Shown here: positions 15,706-29,114 of the stretch, piece by piece
Position numbering within the stretch: the stretch's first letter is position 1
How the letters are laid out: each line of letters begins with the position of its first letter
Source: Salpingoeca rosetta
Taxonomy: Eukaryota > Protista > Choanoflagellata
Assembly: GCA_033442325.1 (NCBI GenBank)
Contig: JAWQFM010000005.1
Location: 1,502,872-1,566,871 of the forward strand
Direction: 5' to 3'
Length of the DNA stretch: 64,000 bases
The notes under the pieces: model-generated
What the model was told of the DNA's origin: nothing
Seen by the model: the letters and a program-made list of their open reading frames with translations, nothing else
The model's database searches: none
Made by a program: the position numbers and the translations under genes

Positions 15706-16360
15706 GACAATAGAGTCGTTGTTGTTTACGCTTCTCCCGCTCCTTTGAAAGCTTGGGGCGTGGTAATCCTGACGTTGCCTCGACGAACACGAGCAAGCCT
15801 GAACAGGATAACAAATACACTCACGCGCGCCAACAGCTGACTGACACCTGAACAAGTGTTTCTTGGCGCTGCGGTGGTACACAGGAAGGAGAAGAAGGGG
15901 GCAAGGGGAATGAAGTGAGTGTGTGCCGCTCCCGTCCACGTGGTGTCACAAGCAAGACTTCACCGCTTGGTTCGTGCAGTGGAGAAAATGTGTGAGGACC
16001 GCATAAGACAACAAGAACAGGCACAAGGAAAGAGCTTTGCATGTCAAGCAACGCCACGAACTCACAACACCTCCGTCGTGGGTGCTCACTGGCTCACCGA
16101 TTGGTGTACGAAGGAGAACGTGACAGTTATGCAACGCCAACCCCTGGCCGGATATGACGGGGTGCTCCCTGGCTCTGGTGCGGCTGTGAACGTGGATCGT
16201 CGAGTGACGAGCGTTGGTGCGGTGAGCACGTTGCGCCTTGGTGTTGGTGGTTGCTGGCGCAAGTTATGCTCGCTGCAAATTATGGTGTCGTCACTTGATT
16301 CGGCAGTCTGGCTGGTGTGTTTCGCCTCATGTTCATACAACACATGCATGCATGCCTTTG

Positions 16361-16669
16361 TCATTCATCTCTACTAGTTCCTTGTGCACACAAACAAGCA
16401 AACACACACACTCTCTCTAAACTCAGCATGCAGGACGAAGAAAGAGAAACAGAGACAACACACGGAGAGGAAGCTGGAACAGCGCAGAATGGCAGATAAC
16501 AGCAGGCACAAATGAAACAGAACATGCACAGCCAAGGAATAGTGCCAAGCAGGGAGGGCCGGTCTGCCGGCGTGGATGGCAGCGGGCGCTCCGAGAAGCT
16601 GCTGGACATGGAGTTGCCCCCAGACCCAGTGCCGGCGAGCCAGTGCTTTCACAGGAAACGGTATGTGTG

Positions 16670-16758
<89 letters not shown>

Positions 16759-17397
16759 TTTTGCGAAGATGATGGCAGGCAGGACGGGATGGAAGCATGG
16801 TAAAACGGCGCTGCCGTGGTACAACGAAGCACAGAAACCAGAGAGACACACAACACACGCACACACGCACACACACACACACACACACAAGCAGGCCTTA
16901 CGCTTGAGCGTGGGGACGCGTGCTGGCGCCTCTGGCGGGGCGCTGCGCTCGTCACGCAAAGCGTTGAGCTGTTTGCGCATGGCACTCTCCCACTGGCGCT
17001 TGAGGGGCATGGTCTTGGCGGCGAAGATGTACTGGTGCTCCGCGCTGCCCTTGCGGAACTTGATGGCCCACAGGTACGAGTGCTTGGAGTTTTGTTCCTC
17101 CTTTGGCAGCGTCCAGTGCGGCACATCCACAATCTCTTGGTCGTCACCAAAGTCAATCGACACCTTGTGGGTGAACTGGGACCCGCGCGTCTTGCACACA
17201 AGCACGCCGTTTGCAAACAAGAACACGTAGCTGTCACGCAAACATCAATAAGCGGTGGGAGCGAAAAGCAAGGGAAAGAGAACAGGCGGAGAAGAGGTTT
17301 TGTGTGTGTGCGTTTGGAATATCATGAAAGGGAGATGGGTGTGAATGGGAGACAGCCGTGAGCAACTGCGCGAAACGGGAATGCTCAAGCAGCAGAT

Positions 17398-17428
<31 letters not shown>

Positions 17429-18681
17429 AACACGCACGCACGCACGCACCGGAGCTTCATCTTGTCCTTGCCGAGAGTTGACTTGAACATGAGGTCGCCG
17501 TCCTTGATCAGCGACCCGTACTCCTGGATCGGCCGCCCAGAGTAGTGCCGCAGACTCTGTGCAGCCACGCGCACACATACAAACATATGATATGTGTGAG
17601 CTGGAGGGTAAAGAGGACAGGCTATGTTTGAGGCAGGATGGCGACGCACCAGGCGGACAAAAAGGAAACAAACTTGAACACATTCACGCACACACGCACA
17701 CGCACAAGAGGGGTACGCACCGATGTGACTTGTTTGAGGTTGTCGTACTGCTGTTTTGTGTCGTTGATGTACTTTGCGAGCTCCTCCACCTGGCGCAGTG
17801 CGTCCTGCAGCCGCGCCTTGTCCGGGTGGCTGTCCGGCGTGTGCTTGATCAGCTCCTGCAATTTTGAGCGCGTCAGTGTGAGTGAGTGCGTGAGTGTGTG
17901 TGTGCGGGTGCGCACGCAATTGTTGGCATGTTGTGGGCCATGTGAGCGGAGGAAGAGCACTGATGGCGCCGTGGACACGGGGTGTCGCACATCGACACCC
18001 AATCGACGGACGAGGCAAGCGCGCTGCGGACCTTGATGAGGAGCGGGTACTTGAGGATGCGTTGCATGGGCACGTTGAGAAGATCCTTGAGCCCAAACCG
18101 CTGCCGACTCTGCCGCTTCGCCTCGGCTATCAACTGCACAACGCAAAGAGAGACACCAAGCGGAGGGAGGTGAGGCAGACAGACGACAAGAGCCATACAA
18201 GAAAAGAAGAAACGGTCGCTGTGGCGCAGAGTTGAGGCGAAGAAACAAAACCTCAACGCTAAAGCGAGCGGTAAGCACATGCACGGGGCGCACCACACCT
18301 CCCTCCCGCTCCCTTGATTCACAGCACCACATCAAGCACGGCTACACGACCGCGTTCGAGACAGCAGCACGGCATGGAGCACCTTTGTGGCGGCCTGTTT
18401 GTTCTCGAGGTCTGCGAGCTTTGCGACGGCCTCTGGGATCTGGCAGCAGAATGAGCCATAGCAGCGCAGGCGCGGCATCTGTCGGGAATGTGCAAGGCGG
18501 GGACAATAATGGTGGCGGCGGCGGCGGTGGTGGTGAGGTTGGAACACGAGTGACGATGGGCCAGATGTGTGAGATTGGCAGCGAAAACACTCCGCCGTGC
18601 AGTTGAGAGGAAACCAAAAACCCAGGTGCGATTACCACCACCACTACAACAACTACAACCACAACCACAACCACAACAACC

Positions 18682-18739
<58 letters not shown>

Positions 18740-18741
18740 CC

Positions 18742-18774
<33 letters not shown>

Positions 18775-19333
18775 CCACCACCACTACCACCACCACCACC
18801 AGGAGGCACTGACGTGCTCGAGGAAGACGGAGCTGACGATGCGACCGGTGGACTTCTGCATGAGGGCGTTGAGGTCGGCGAGGAGCGCATTGTGCGCATC
18901 AAGAAGCTCGTGCACATTACCGAAGATGGTGTTGATGTCCACGCGCGAAATGATCTGCGCAGCACGCGCCGTAGGGAGGGAGGGTGAGGGAGGAAGACAA
19001 AGCAAGGACGCAGGAGCCAACGGGACAGCCATGCCATGAGCGGCAGGCAGGTCAGCAGCTTATGGTCAAGAGGAAGGAAGGAAATGTCAATTGGAGAGTA
19101 GACAGCGAGGCACGGCGCGGTGGTTTGGGAACACACCTTTGGCTGCTTTGACATGACGGGCTTGAACGTGTTTGCAATGGTGTTGAGGACGCCAACGTAG
19201 TTGCGCTCCGTCTCGTGCAATTCCGCCATCTGAACACCAGTGCATGATGGAAGCATGGGGCCCGGTGAATGGTGGATATGCAACATGTGCGTGGGATGGC
19301 GGGGGCCGGGTAACGTGTGGCGCGTAGAGCAGG

Positions 19334-19401
<68 letters not shown>

Positions 19402-20973
19402 CCAAGCCAGTCGCATGCTTCCCAAATGACATGCAGATACGTACCACCATGCTTCGTTTGTCATCTGGGGAGGTGCCGCTGACGCTGTAGATGTTGTCCT
19501 CGTCCGAGTACATGAGGTCCTTGTAGATCTCCTCGCTCTCCGGCTGAAACACCAGCCAGGAAGGCAGTGTAAGCAAAACGGGTCAGGGCGCACAGAGATG
19601 GAAACGCAATCTGGCGACGAGCTCTTCAAAGCAGAAAACAAACAGCACGGCATAAACCACCCACACACCCACACCCACACCCACACCCACCCACACCCAC
19701 ACACACACACATAACACAGACATGCACCCACATGCCCACACACACCCAAACACACACCCAAACACACACACCCATACACACACACGCGCGCGCGCAGAGC
19801 AGGTGCTCACCGCGATGGCCTGCTTGAGGGCGCCGTAAATCTCCTCGGCGTCGTCGTCGCCGCTGTACACGCTGCCACCGCTCTTCGCCGCGTCCTTGAG
19901 GCTCAGCGACTGCCCAACAAGCTCCTCCAGGCTCTGGTACATGTCCTGGCCGTCCTCCTGCGCCGTGTTTGCCGCGTGGCCCGTGTCGTCCGGGAAGTGG
20001 CGGAAGCCCGCCATGCCCGCAGGCGGCGTCTTGGACAGCAGGCTCAGCGTCTCAACAACCTGGGAACAAGAATAATAATAAGAAGAAGATGAAGGGGGAG
20101 GGTGTATGGGGGTTACGACAGAGGGCATGAAGCGGGGTACGCAAACAAGAAGACGTGAGGAGTTGCTTCTGAGGCCAACACGAGGTGACACTTGGATCAA
20201 CACGCTCACACACAGGTCTTCAGGCGAACCAACAACCAAGAAAATAACCATGAAAACGCCCAAACAAACAACTAACAACCACAGAAGCAAGCAAGCAAGC
20301 AAGCAACACGCATAGCGACACCTTTGCAAAGTTTGAAGCGTAGTAGAGCTCGTCTGCAGTGAACAGGTCGGTCTTCTTCATGCGAAACTTGTCCTGGCAT
20401 GCCTCGAGAAAGCGGTTGATGTTCTGCATCTTCATAAACTGCTTCTCCGGCCGCTCTGCAAAGCTGGTGATGCAGCCAGGCATCAGTCTGTTCGCGCACT
20501 TGCACAACACCGTGCCGTCCTGGGGTTGGTTGGTTGTGCGTGAACGTGTGTGTGTGTGTGTGTCGTGTGTGTGTATCGTGTGTATCGTGTGGTTTGTGAG
20601 AGTGCAAGTCAATGTGAGACTGAGGAAATGTGGAATCGTTGCTGCGTCTCAGCAATGGCGACAGAAAAGGCACGCACATTGAACTTGAATACTCAAACAC
20701 CCCCCCCCCACACACTCTCACTCTCTCTCTCGTATCACACCCACCCACGCACATACTCACACACACATATTCGCCAACACACTCTCAAACACCCACACAC
20801 ACACACCCACACACACACACCCACACACACACACACACATACACGTGTAAACGGACCTGGAGCGCCATTGCCAGCTCGTACACGCGGCCATCCGGCTGCA
20901 AACTGGGATCGTCCGCAGGCAGGACGCCCACGGTGTTGAGCCATCTTGCGGCGAGCTGCCACAGTTCACTCAT
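16361..20973 (-). CDS. Vav-like Rho GEF (CH, acidic region, DH, PH); 3' end uncertain
   Basis: CH domain MSELWQLAARWL...ELAMALQ/DGTVLCKCANRL...QFMKMQNINRFLEAC. Acidic tyrosine motifs DMYQSL, EEIYGAL, EEIYKDL. DH domain ELHETERNYV and RFGLKDLLNVPMQRILKYPLLIKELIKHTP. PH domain YVFLFANGVLVCK...KRQWESAM. Confidence 0.88.
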
Positions 20974-21875
20974 GCTGGTGGTGCTTGCGCGTCGTCACGT
21001 CCACGCACTCCTCGTTCTTGGGTGGTTGTTGTGCGTGCGTGCTCACTCCCTCAATCACCCCGGTACGTACTGCCTCACTCGCTCACACACCCTCTTCCCT
21101 TCCGCAAGTCGCAGGGAACGTATGCGGATATGGGCGTGGCACTGGCTGGCAAAACCCCGTTTGCTGCCGCAGTTAGTCTAAGCAGGCTGGGTACCTCCTA
21201 GTTCTGTGTCCCTCTACTCCTCTCTCTGTGCAGGCACTGTTCAGGGAACAAACGATCATGTCGCACAAAAGGAGCAGGGAAGAGAGGCGTGGGAGCGAAA
21301 CGATGAGTTCAGCAACAGCGAAAGCGAACCAGCAACCTCCACAAAACAACAAACACGCCTCTTTCCACTCAAGGCGCAAGCAATTTCGATCAATGGAGCC
21401 ATGACGCCCCGCACAAAAAGCATTGCACCTCCCCCTCCTCTAAACAAGGTGTCTTCTGTCCTTTCTCTGTTCCATCGCCCACTCCTCCAAGCACGCTTGC
21501 TTGTCTTCCCGCACGCACCCTCCCACCGCACCCTCCCACCAGCCGCTGTCACAGGAGCGAGACCTACCCAGCCAGCGTTGTTGGTTTGTTGTTGTTGTGT
21601 GTGTTTGTCTGTCTCTGCTGCTCGCCCACCTCAAAAAGAAGAAAAAAAGAAATTGTTCGGGCAATGCCGCAGATAATTCATCGACATTTTTAGTCAATCG
21701 TCAAACAGACACATGGGCCCGTTCCACTCAACTCAGTTTTCCCAAAGGCAACCAAAGCATCTTCTGTGTTTGTGTTGTTTGTTGTGTGGTTGTTGTTGTG
21801 TGAGTGCAGGTTTTTTCGGTCGTGTGCCTGTGAAGATCCCTCCTTGGATGATGGTCCCTCCTTGGGTGCTGCTGG

Positions 21876-24555
21876 TCACTCCTTGGATGGCTTTGGCTGT
21901 TGTGGCTGCTGTGGCTGCTGGTGCTGTGACGAGGGTGGAGGTGGGTGGCGCACATGGGAGTGATGTGCGTGCGGCGGGTGGCGCATGCGCGGGCGCATCC
22001 CACGCATGCGGCCGTAGCTACTGCCATACAACCCCTTTGGTGGCACGGGCCCGCGCGGCGGCTGGTGCGGCTGGTGCGGCTGGTGCGGCTGGTGCGGCGG
22101 TGCATGCATGCGCGCCATGGGCCGCTGGTGGTGGTACATGGGCGCCTGCGGCACGGAGAAGCTGCTGGCCGGCGTCAGCGAGGTTGGCGTGGTTGGAGGC
22201 GTCTGGCTCGCGTGGACCTGCACATGTGCGTGCGGCCGCAGCTGCGCACCTGGATGCATCTGTTGGGCGTGGTGGGCCATCATGGGCTGAGGCGGCGGTG
22301 GAGCCTGCTGCGTGTACACGGCGTAGGTGGGCGCTGTCGGCGCTGATGGCTGGTACGTCGTTTGGGGCGCGTAAAACACGTGTGTGGGCGCCCCCGCTTG
22401 CATGTGCGCAGAATACTGCGGCTGCATCTGCACTGCTCCAGCGTGGCCCACATGCTGGGGAACCATCGTCATGCCAGAGTGCATCACATGCTGCCCTTGC
22501 TGGTGTGCTACGCGCATCGGAACCTGGTGCAGCATGCCAGGCTGTGACTGCTGCTGCTGCTGTGGCTGCTGCTGCTGCTGCTGAGGCTGTTGTTGTACAA
22601 ACTGGTGGGCAGGCATTGCTTGCGTGTACATCATAGTAGGCTGCTGATACTGTTGCTGGTATTGTTGTTGTTGCTGCTGCTGCTGCTGATGCGCAAGTTG
22701 CTGGCCCGGGGCCATGTGTGGCTGCCCTTGCATGATATGCTGCGGCAGCTGCAGCTGTGGTTGTTGCTGCTGCTGAAGGTATGACACAGTTGGGGCTTGG
22801 CTCGAAGCCGCGGGCTGATGCTCCATGGTGAGGTCAAATGCAGTCGGCGTGCTCACGGCCTGCGACGTGACCACACCGGCACCCATCGCGTAAACTTGCT
22901 GCTGCTGCTGAGGCTGAGGCCGCTGCTGTTGCTCTGTGGCCGTGCCGTGCGTCTGCGCCTGAGCGCGTTCCTCTGTTCCCTGCTGCTTCGCTTGCGGCAC
23001 AGGCACAGGTACATGCCCAACAGCCATGGCACCTTGACCCTGCGGCATCTGCTGTTGCTGTTGTGGCGGGCTTGGGGTGGTGGCAGCGGCGGCGGTGACA
23101 GCTGGCGGGGTGGGTGCCGACGACGAGCTTGGCGTAAATTCGGGGGCGTTGTAGTTGAGCTGAGGCTCACCATCACGCGTGTGAAGCATGCTGGTGGTCG
23201 TTGTTGCTCCGCCTGGTGTTGTTGTTCTCGTTGTTGTTGCTGTTGCCGTTGCTGGTGCTGCAGCGGTGGCGGCAGCAGCTGATGACGAGGATGACACGCC
23301 ATGCGGGGAGAGATGCTCGCTGCGCTCTGCCTCGGAGGCAGGATGTGGCGCCGCAAGCTGCTTGACCATCGACGCCGCGCTGGCAGGGCTCACGGCCATG
23401 GGCACCTGCGGCTGTGACGGCGGCGTCTTGGGCGAATCAACAGCAGCGGATGACGCATCCACCACATCCGTTGTTGTAACGGAGGTGGTTGGCAGCCCCG
23501 GTTCAACTGCCGTCACTGACGCCGTTGCCTTTGTTGTTGCTGCTGATGTGGCGCTGTTCTTGTCCGCCACTTCACTGGTGGCGGCGGGAGTGGCTTGCTT
23601 GCTCTCCCCCTCGTGCGGCTTCGTTGCTCCAGCCTTGCCTTCGCGGTTGCGCTGCTGCTGGTGGTGGTGGTGGTGGTGGTGGTGGTCCTCATCCTGTAAC
23701 TTTTCCTTCTGCTGCTCTCCAGAAGCGTGGGCCGCAGCTTGCGTGGCGGCTTGCTTGGCGGCTTGGGCAGCTTGGGCAGCGGCGGCTTGCTTCTCCTTGG
23801 CCGCCGCCTCTTCCTTCTGCTGCTGCTTGTACTGCCCAATAACCCTGTCAAGCGCATTTTGTTTGCGGGATTGAAGCTCCTCCTGCTCCTCCTTGTGGCG
23901 CTGCGCCTCGAGCTCCTTCTTCTCCTTCTTCCACCGCCGCATCACCGCCTTGCGCTGCTCGGCCTCCTCTCGCCGCTGCTGCGCCGCAAGCTCAGCCTGC
24001 TCCTGCCGAACCCGCTCAGCTTCCCGCTCAGCCTGGTTGCGTGTTTGTGTGTGCGTGTGTGTGTGCGTGTGTGTGTTTTGAATCGGTGAGCAAAGACGAG
24101 ACAAAACTCAGGCAACAACCGCATGTTAGTGCGTGTACACGCGCACACATGATATGGACATACGCACCTCTTCCAGCATGCGTTGTTCCTCTGCTTCCTT
24201 CTGGCGTTTCCGCTCCCGCAACTGCTTGTTGCGTGGCTTGGCGGTGACAAAGCCGTCATCGCCCCCAGAGGCCTCAGCGTCGTACTCAAACGCGTACGTG
24301 TCCGTGTGCACGCGCGGTTCTGCTGCAACCGCGACATGGTCTGTTGTGCACGTGATTGTGAACACGCCACCGATCCATCATCGCCATCATCATCATCTCA
24401 GCGTGTGAGCCGTAAGTGTGCAACAAAGAGCGCATGCAGCGCAGACGGGAAGATACACACAGGATAGAAGATGGCGCACTGCAGACAAGTGATCCACCAC
24501 ACCACAAGTGCACACGTTCACACGTGTACACACACACAAGCACACATACACACGT

Positions 24556-24613
<58 letters not shown>

Positions 24614-25946
24614 ACAAACACACACACACACACGTGCACACACAGAGGAGAGCGCAACAAACCTGGGACAACGTTGGGCTGCTTGGCGGCCTTGGTCGGG
24701 GAGCGAGCAGGCACACGGGCATCATCATCAGCCATGGTGAGGGCGTGGAATGCATTTGTGGGGCCTTGACTTGTCTTGGCTGCAGCTGCATCAGCTGCGT
24801 CACTGCCTTCAGCACCGCCGTGCTTCTGCGCCGCTGCAGCCCGCACCTTGTCATCGCGCGTAGTGGCCGGAACCGAAGCAGCCGTGGCCGGTGCTGGTCG
24901 TGAGGTCAGCGTTGGTGCAGAGGTGGGTGCGCGAACCGCTCCAGCAGGTGCTGCACTCGTCGCTGCTGCTGTTGTCGAGGCTTGGCCCTTTGTGGTTGTC
25001 GTGGCCGCAGAGGCTGTTGTTGGCGCACTTGCCTTTGCCTTCCCTTTTGCCTTGGCAGGTGCAGTTGTTGCCGCGGGTGCCGTCGACGATGTTGCTGCAG
25101 CACGCTGGCTGTACGCCACACCGGCCGTGGCCATCGAACTGCCTCTCTGCTGCTGGTGCTGGTGCTGCTGTTGCTGGCACTTCTCCTTCCTACGCTGTGC
25201 AGCGGCTGCGCGGCCCTGCTCCGTGTCCTCGTATGCGCGGGACGTGGGCATCCCCATCCTGCGCTGCACCGCCGAAATGGACACGGGCAGCCCATGCAGC
25301 GCCTTGTTCGCCTGCCGCCGCTGCGCCACGGCCTCTTTCACTGCTGCTGCGTCCCCATACTCCTCAGGGTCGTCCTCGGCCTCCTCTTGTGGTGTCGGGT
25401 GCCGCATGCGCGTGGAGAACAGCTTGCCGTCGAGCACAAACTGGCACTTGGTAGCTGTCGCCAGTGCGCCCAGCGGGTCAATGCTCATCTCCGTCTGCGT
25501 TGTATTTTGCGGCAGCTTCACGGTGGGCTGCCGTTTGGCCTGCTGCTTCTGCTGCTTCTGCTGCAGCTTGGCCTGTACCTGCTCGTGGGTGTCTCGCCCG
25601 GCATAGCGGCCCATGCCGCGGGCCTCCGGGGCGTGGCGGGCCTGGTGGAACGCAGTGCGCGCAGCCTGCACCGCCTTCTCGTCCCCCTGACGACGCGAAG
25701 ATCCTGGCTGCTCTTGTTGCTGGTGCTGCTGTTGATCGGTGGCTTGGTCATAGGGGCGGGGAAGAAGCTGCACTTGATGCTGCTGGCGCGCGCGGGGCCC
25801 ATGACCCCCATCTCGCTGCACGCTGTCGGGGAACTGGATCTCAAACCCAAGCTTCTCAATGCGCCGGCGCTGCGGCTGCTGTTGCTGTGGCTGTTGTTGG
25901 GCCTGCGGCTGGGTTCCGAAGTTTTGCTGTTGTTGTTGTTGTTGCT

Positions 25947-25990
<44 letters not shown>

Positions 25991-26275
25991 TGGCGGTGGT
26001 GCGGCTGACTACGTGGCTGCTGCTTCGCTTCGCGGTGCTCTGGTGCTGTCTCGCGCCCCTGGTTCACAGATGTAGCAGGGATAGCGGTGGTGGCAGATCC
26101 TTGAGCCTGTTCGGCGCTGGGCTGCGCCTCGGTGGTGCTTGCAGGCTCCTTCTTGAAATCGTCATGTGCATGGGTCGAGAGGGGAGAAAGGGGATAGTGA
26201 ACCAGAGTGGGTCAGAGTGTCAAGTTACTGACACGAGCACCAGCACCAGCACGAGTATCTACACTTGTGACATGC

Positions 26276-26318
<43 letters not shown>

Positions 26319-26457
26319 CTCCACCTGCTCATCGTGGATGCTGGGGCAGCACCGCAGATCGGGGAATCGCTCGAAGAAGCTGGCCAGCTCCTCTGGAGCC
26401 ATGGGGGTTGTTGGTCTCCAGTTGCCAAAGTTTCGGCGCAGAAGCACTTGCAGCATG
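21876..26457 (-). CDS. Large low-complexity (Q/A/T/H-rich) protein with a coiled coil and a PAM2-like motif; 5' end uncertain
   Basis: Long ORFs 21876-24033 and 24663-26160, plus exons ~24167-24340 and ~26325-26457. PQLNYNAPEFTP at ~23130-23165 fits the PAM2 consensus LNxxAxEFxP. Confidence 0.65.
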
Positions 26458-27672
26458 CTTTGGTGCCTGTTGCACGGTGTTGTCGAATTCAAGGAAGCAA
26501 GTATGCATGCATTGTAAGCACAGGTCACCAAACACATTCTGAACAGCACACAGGACCACTTGCATGGTTGTTTGTTTGGTTGTTTGTTGTTGGTTTGTTG
26601 TTGTTTAAGTTGTTTAAGTTGTTTAAGTTGTTTAAGTTGTTGTTGTTGTTGTTGCTGTTGTAGTAGTAGTAGTTGTTGTTGGTGTCGATGATAAAGTTTG
26701 TTGTCAAGCACGTACTCGTTTGCAGAGGGCTTCAGAATACGGGCTGGAAGCGGTTGTAGCGTGTGCGGACAGAAGAACGCGGTGTGCCAAAACGCAGATA
26801 CAGATAGCCGCATGTGTTGTGAGTCTCAGGCAAGAGGCCAGCATGCAGGTCGCACAAAAAGCAAGGATGCCGTGCACAATGCGCTCTCAAAAGCACACAC
26901 ATACACACACACACACACCAGTTGCCGGCGATGAGGGTTGATCCCGCCAGTTGCGGGTCATGTTGCCTGTCGTCCCCGCACAGTATCCAGCATGTCAGCA
27001 ATGCCGCGAAGACATGTGAACTGGTTGGACACATACATACATAACACGCACAACTTTCACTCCATCGCAAGATGGCGCAAACATGGTAAACACAGGCTAT
27101 TCGACCAAAGCATGCCAGCCTCTCCTTGCCGCTCTTGTCGTGTGTCGCCAACACAACAAGACCCCATTGAACGTACGCTGTCGAGAGCTCATGGCTACTG
27201 CTGGTTGTTGGTTTGGTGGTTTGCTTGGTCGGTCGGTTCTCTGTCTTTCTTCTTCAAGGACGTTAACGAAAATTGTCGTACATTTTCAATCACATTTCTA
27301 CAACCACTGGTTTTGATTGCGCGGGCTTTCTCTTGTGCGTTCATTTGTGCGCCTGTGCGTGTGTGCATGTGCATGTGTGTGTGCATGTGTGTTTGTGCGT
27401 GTGTGTGTGTGTGTGTCATGCGTTGTTCCTTCTGCACTTTCCTTCCTGCACATTACATCAAGTCACACCACGTAACGTTGTTCTGCACCATCAACTCTTG
27501 TCAGGACGCTTCAATCTCATCAATCAGGCACGCAGGGAATCAAAGAGGGAAAGGGCAAGGGAAGAGAGAGAGGAGAAAACAATGACGACGACGATGACGA
27601 CAACAACAAGAGGGACAGGGGGGGATCGGTCAATTCAAAAACAACAAAATGGGGCGCACAGAGCAAACAGGG

Positions 27673-27705
<33 letters not shown>

Positions 27706-27900
27706 CAAGAAGAAGTGGAAGAGGACGGACAACAAGGTAGGCACGGGCGTCGGTTGAGAGCTCGTAAAGACGGCGCAGCACACAACACAGACACACACAC
27801 ACAGACACACAGACACACAGACACACAGACACACAGACACACACACACACACACACAAGAGGGCACACGTGTACACGACACGCGACAAGCCCAAGGCGTC

Positions 27901-29048
27901 TTAGGCATCAGCAGAAGTGTCCATGCTCGCCTCAGTTTGTGGTGCAGCCGTGACATCAGTGGTGACAGGCGCGGGCGCGGTCGTGGCGGGCGCGGGTGCA
28001 GCTGGAGCGGTGGTTGTTGTGGCAGGTGGTGCAACAGAGGGGGTCATAGTGGTGGTGGTGGTAGTAGTGGTAGTAGCGGCGGGGGCAGGTGTGGAGGACG
28101 TGGCGGTAGTCGTTTCCGCTGCATTGTCAGTCTTTGGTGGCGCCGTCGCTGGCGCCGTGGTAGTGGCCGTGGTGGCATCTGTAGGTGCAGTGGCAGCCTC
28201 GCTTGCGCCTTCTTGTTGGTGAGCGGCGTCGCCAGCGTTGGAGGCCTCCGACACCGCCGTGGCCACCTCTGCCTGCTCCGATGGTTGGTGCTGTGGCTGT
28301 GCTTGCTGTGGCTCCTGTTGCTGGTGCACTTCGGCATTACCAGCGGGTGTGGTCTCAGCCTCTGGTGCTGTGGCCGGTGCGTCTGGCTGCTTGCTGGTGG
28401 CGGCATCATCGCCTCCCATCTCCATGCTCGCAGGCTGCGTCTGCTCTGCCGATGCTGCCGTGTCAGCGGTGGTAGCCGCTGTCGTCGCGCTATCAGCAGC
28501 AGGCTGCTCCTGCGTCGTTTCTTCCTGGTCGGCGGCGGCGGCGGCGTGCCCAGCCGCCTTGTCCTCCTGCTCCTCCTTCGGCTGGTGCTCTGCCTCTTCC
28601 TGCTTCTTCTCAGCGGCATCGTCTACATCCATCGCCTGTGTGTGGGTGTGTTGTGTGGGAACAAGTGTGGTGATAGGGGGTGATGAGGAAGAACAGCACC
28701 AACGCGTGTTTGACAGTACTCATAAAACACCGACGTACCACGTGAACATGTTCATCACTGTATGCACCAAGACAACCAACCAACCAACCAACCAACCAAC
28801 CCAACCAACCAACCAACCAACCAACCAAACAACCAAACAACCAAACAAGCAAGCAACGTCCAACGCGCGTGGCACAGGAACCGTGTGAGCAGCGTGCGCA
28901 AACCTTGTCATCGTCGGGGCCGGGTGCCGTTGAAGTTTCAGAGAAAGTGAGGACTACGAAGTGGTCGGATGGTCTTCCGTCACCCACGTCGCCCAAGGTG
29001 CCAAGTTTACGCGTGTAAGTCAAGCATTGGCTTGTGCGCGAATGTGCT

Positions 29049-29114
<66 letters not shown>

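Noticed and set aside
21713-26517. Long plus-strand ORFs (21713-22636, 24982-26517)
   Set aside because: Antisense shadows of the GC-rich minus-strand gene.
26700-26740. Second PAM2-like string LKPSANEYV on the minus strand
   Set aside because: I could not place it in a supported exon, and the match is weak.
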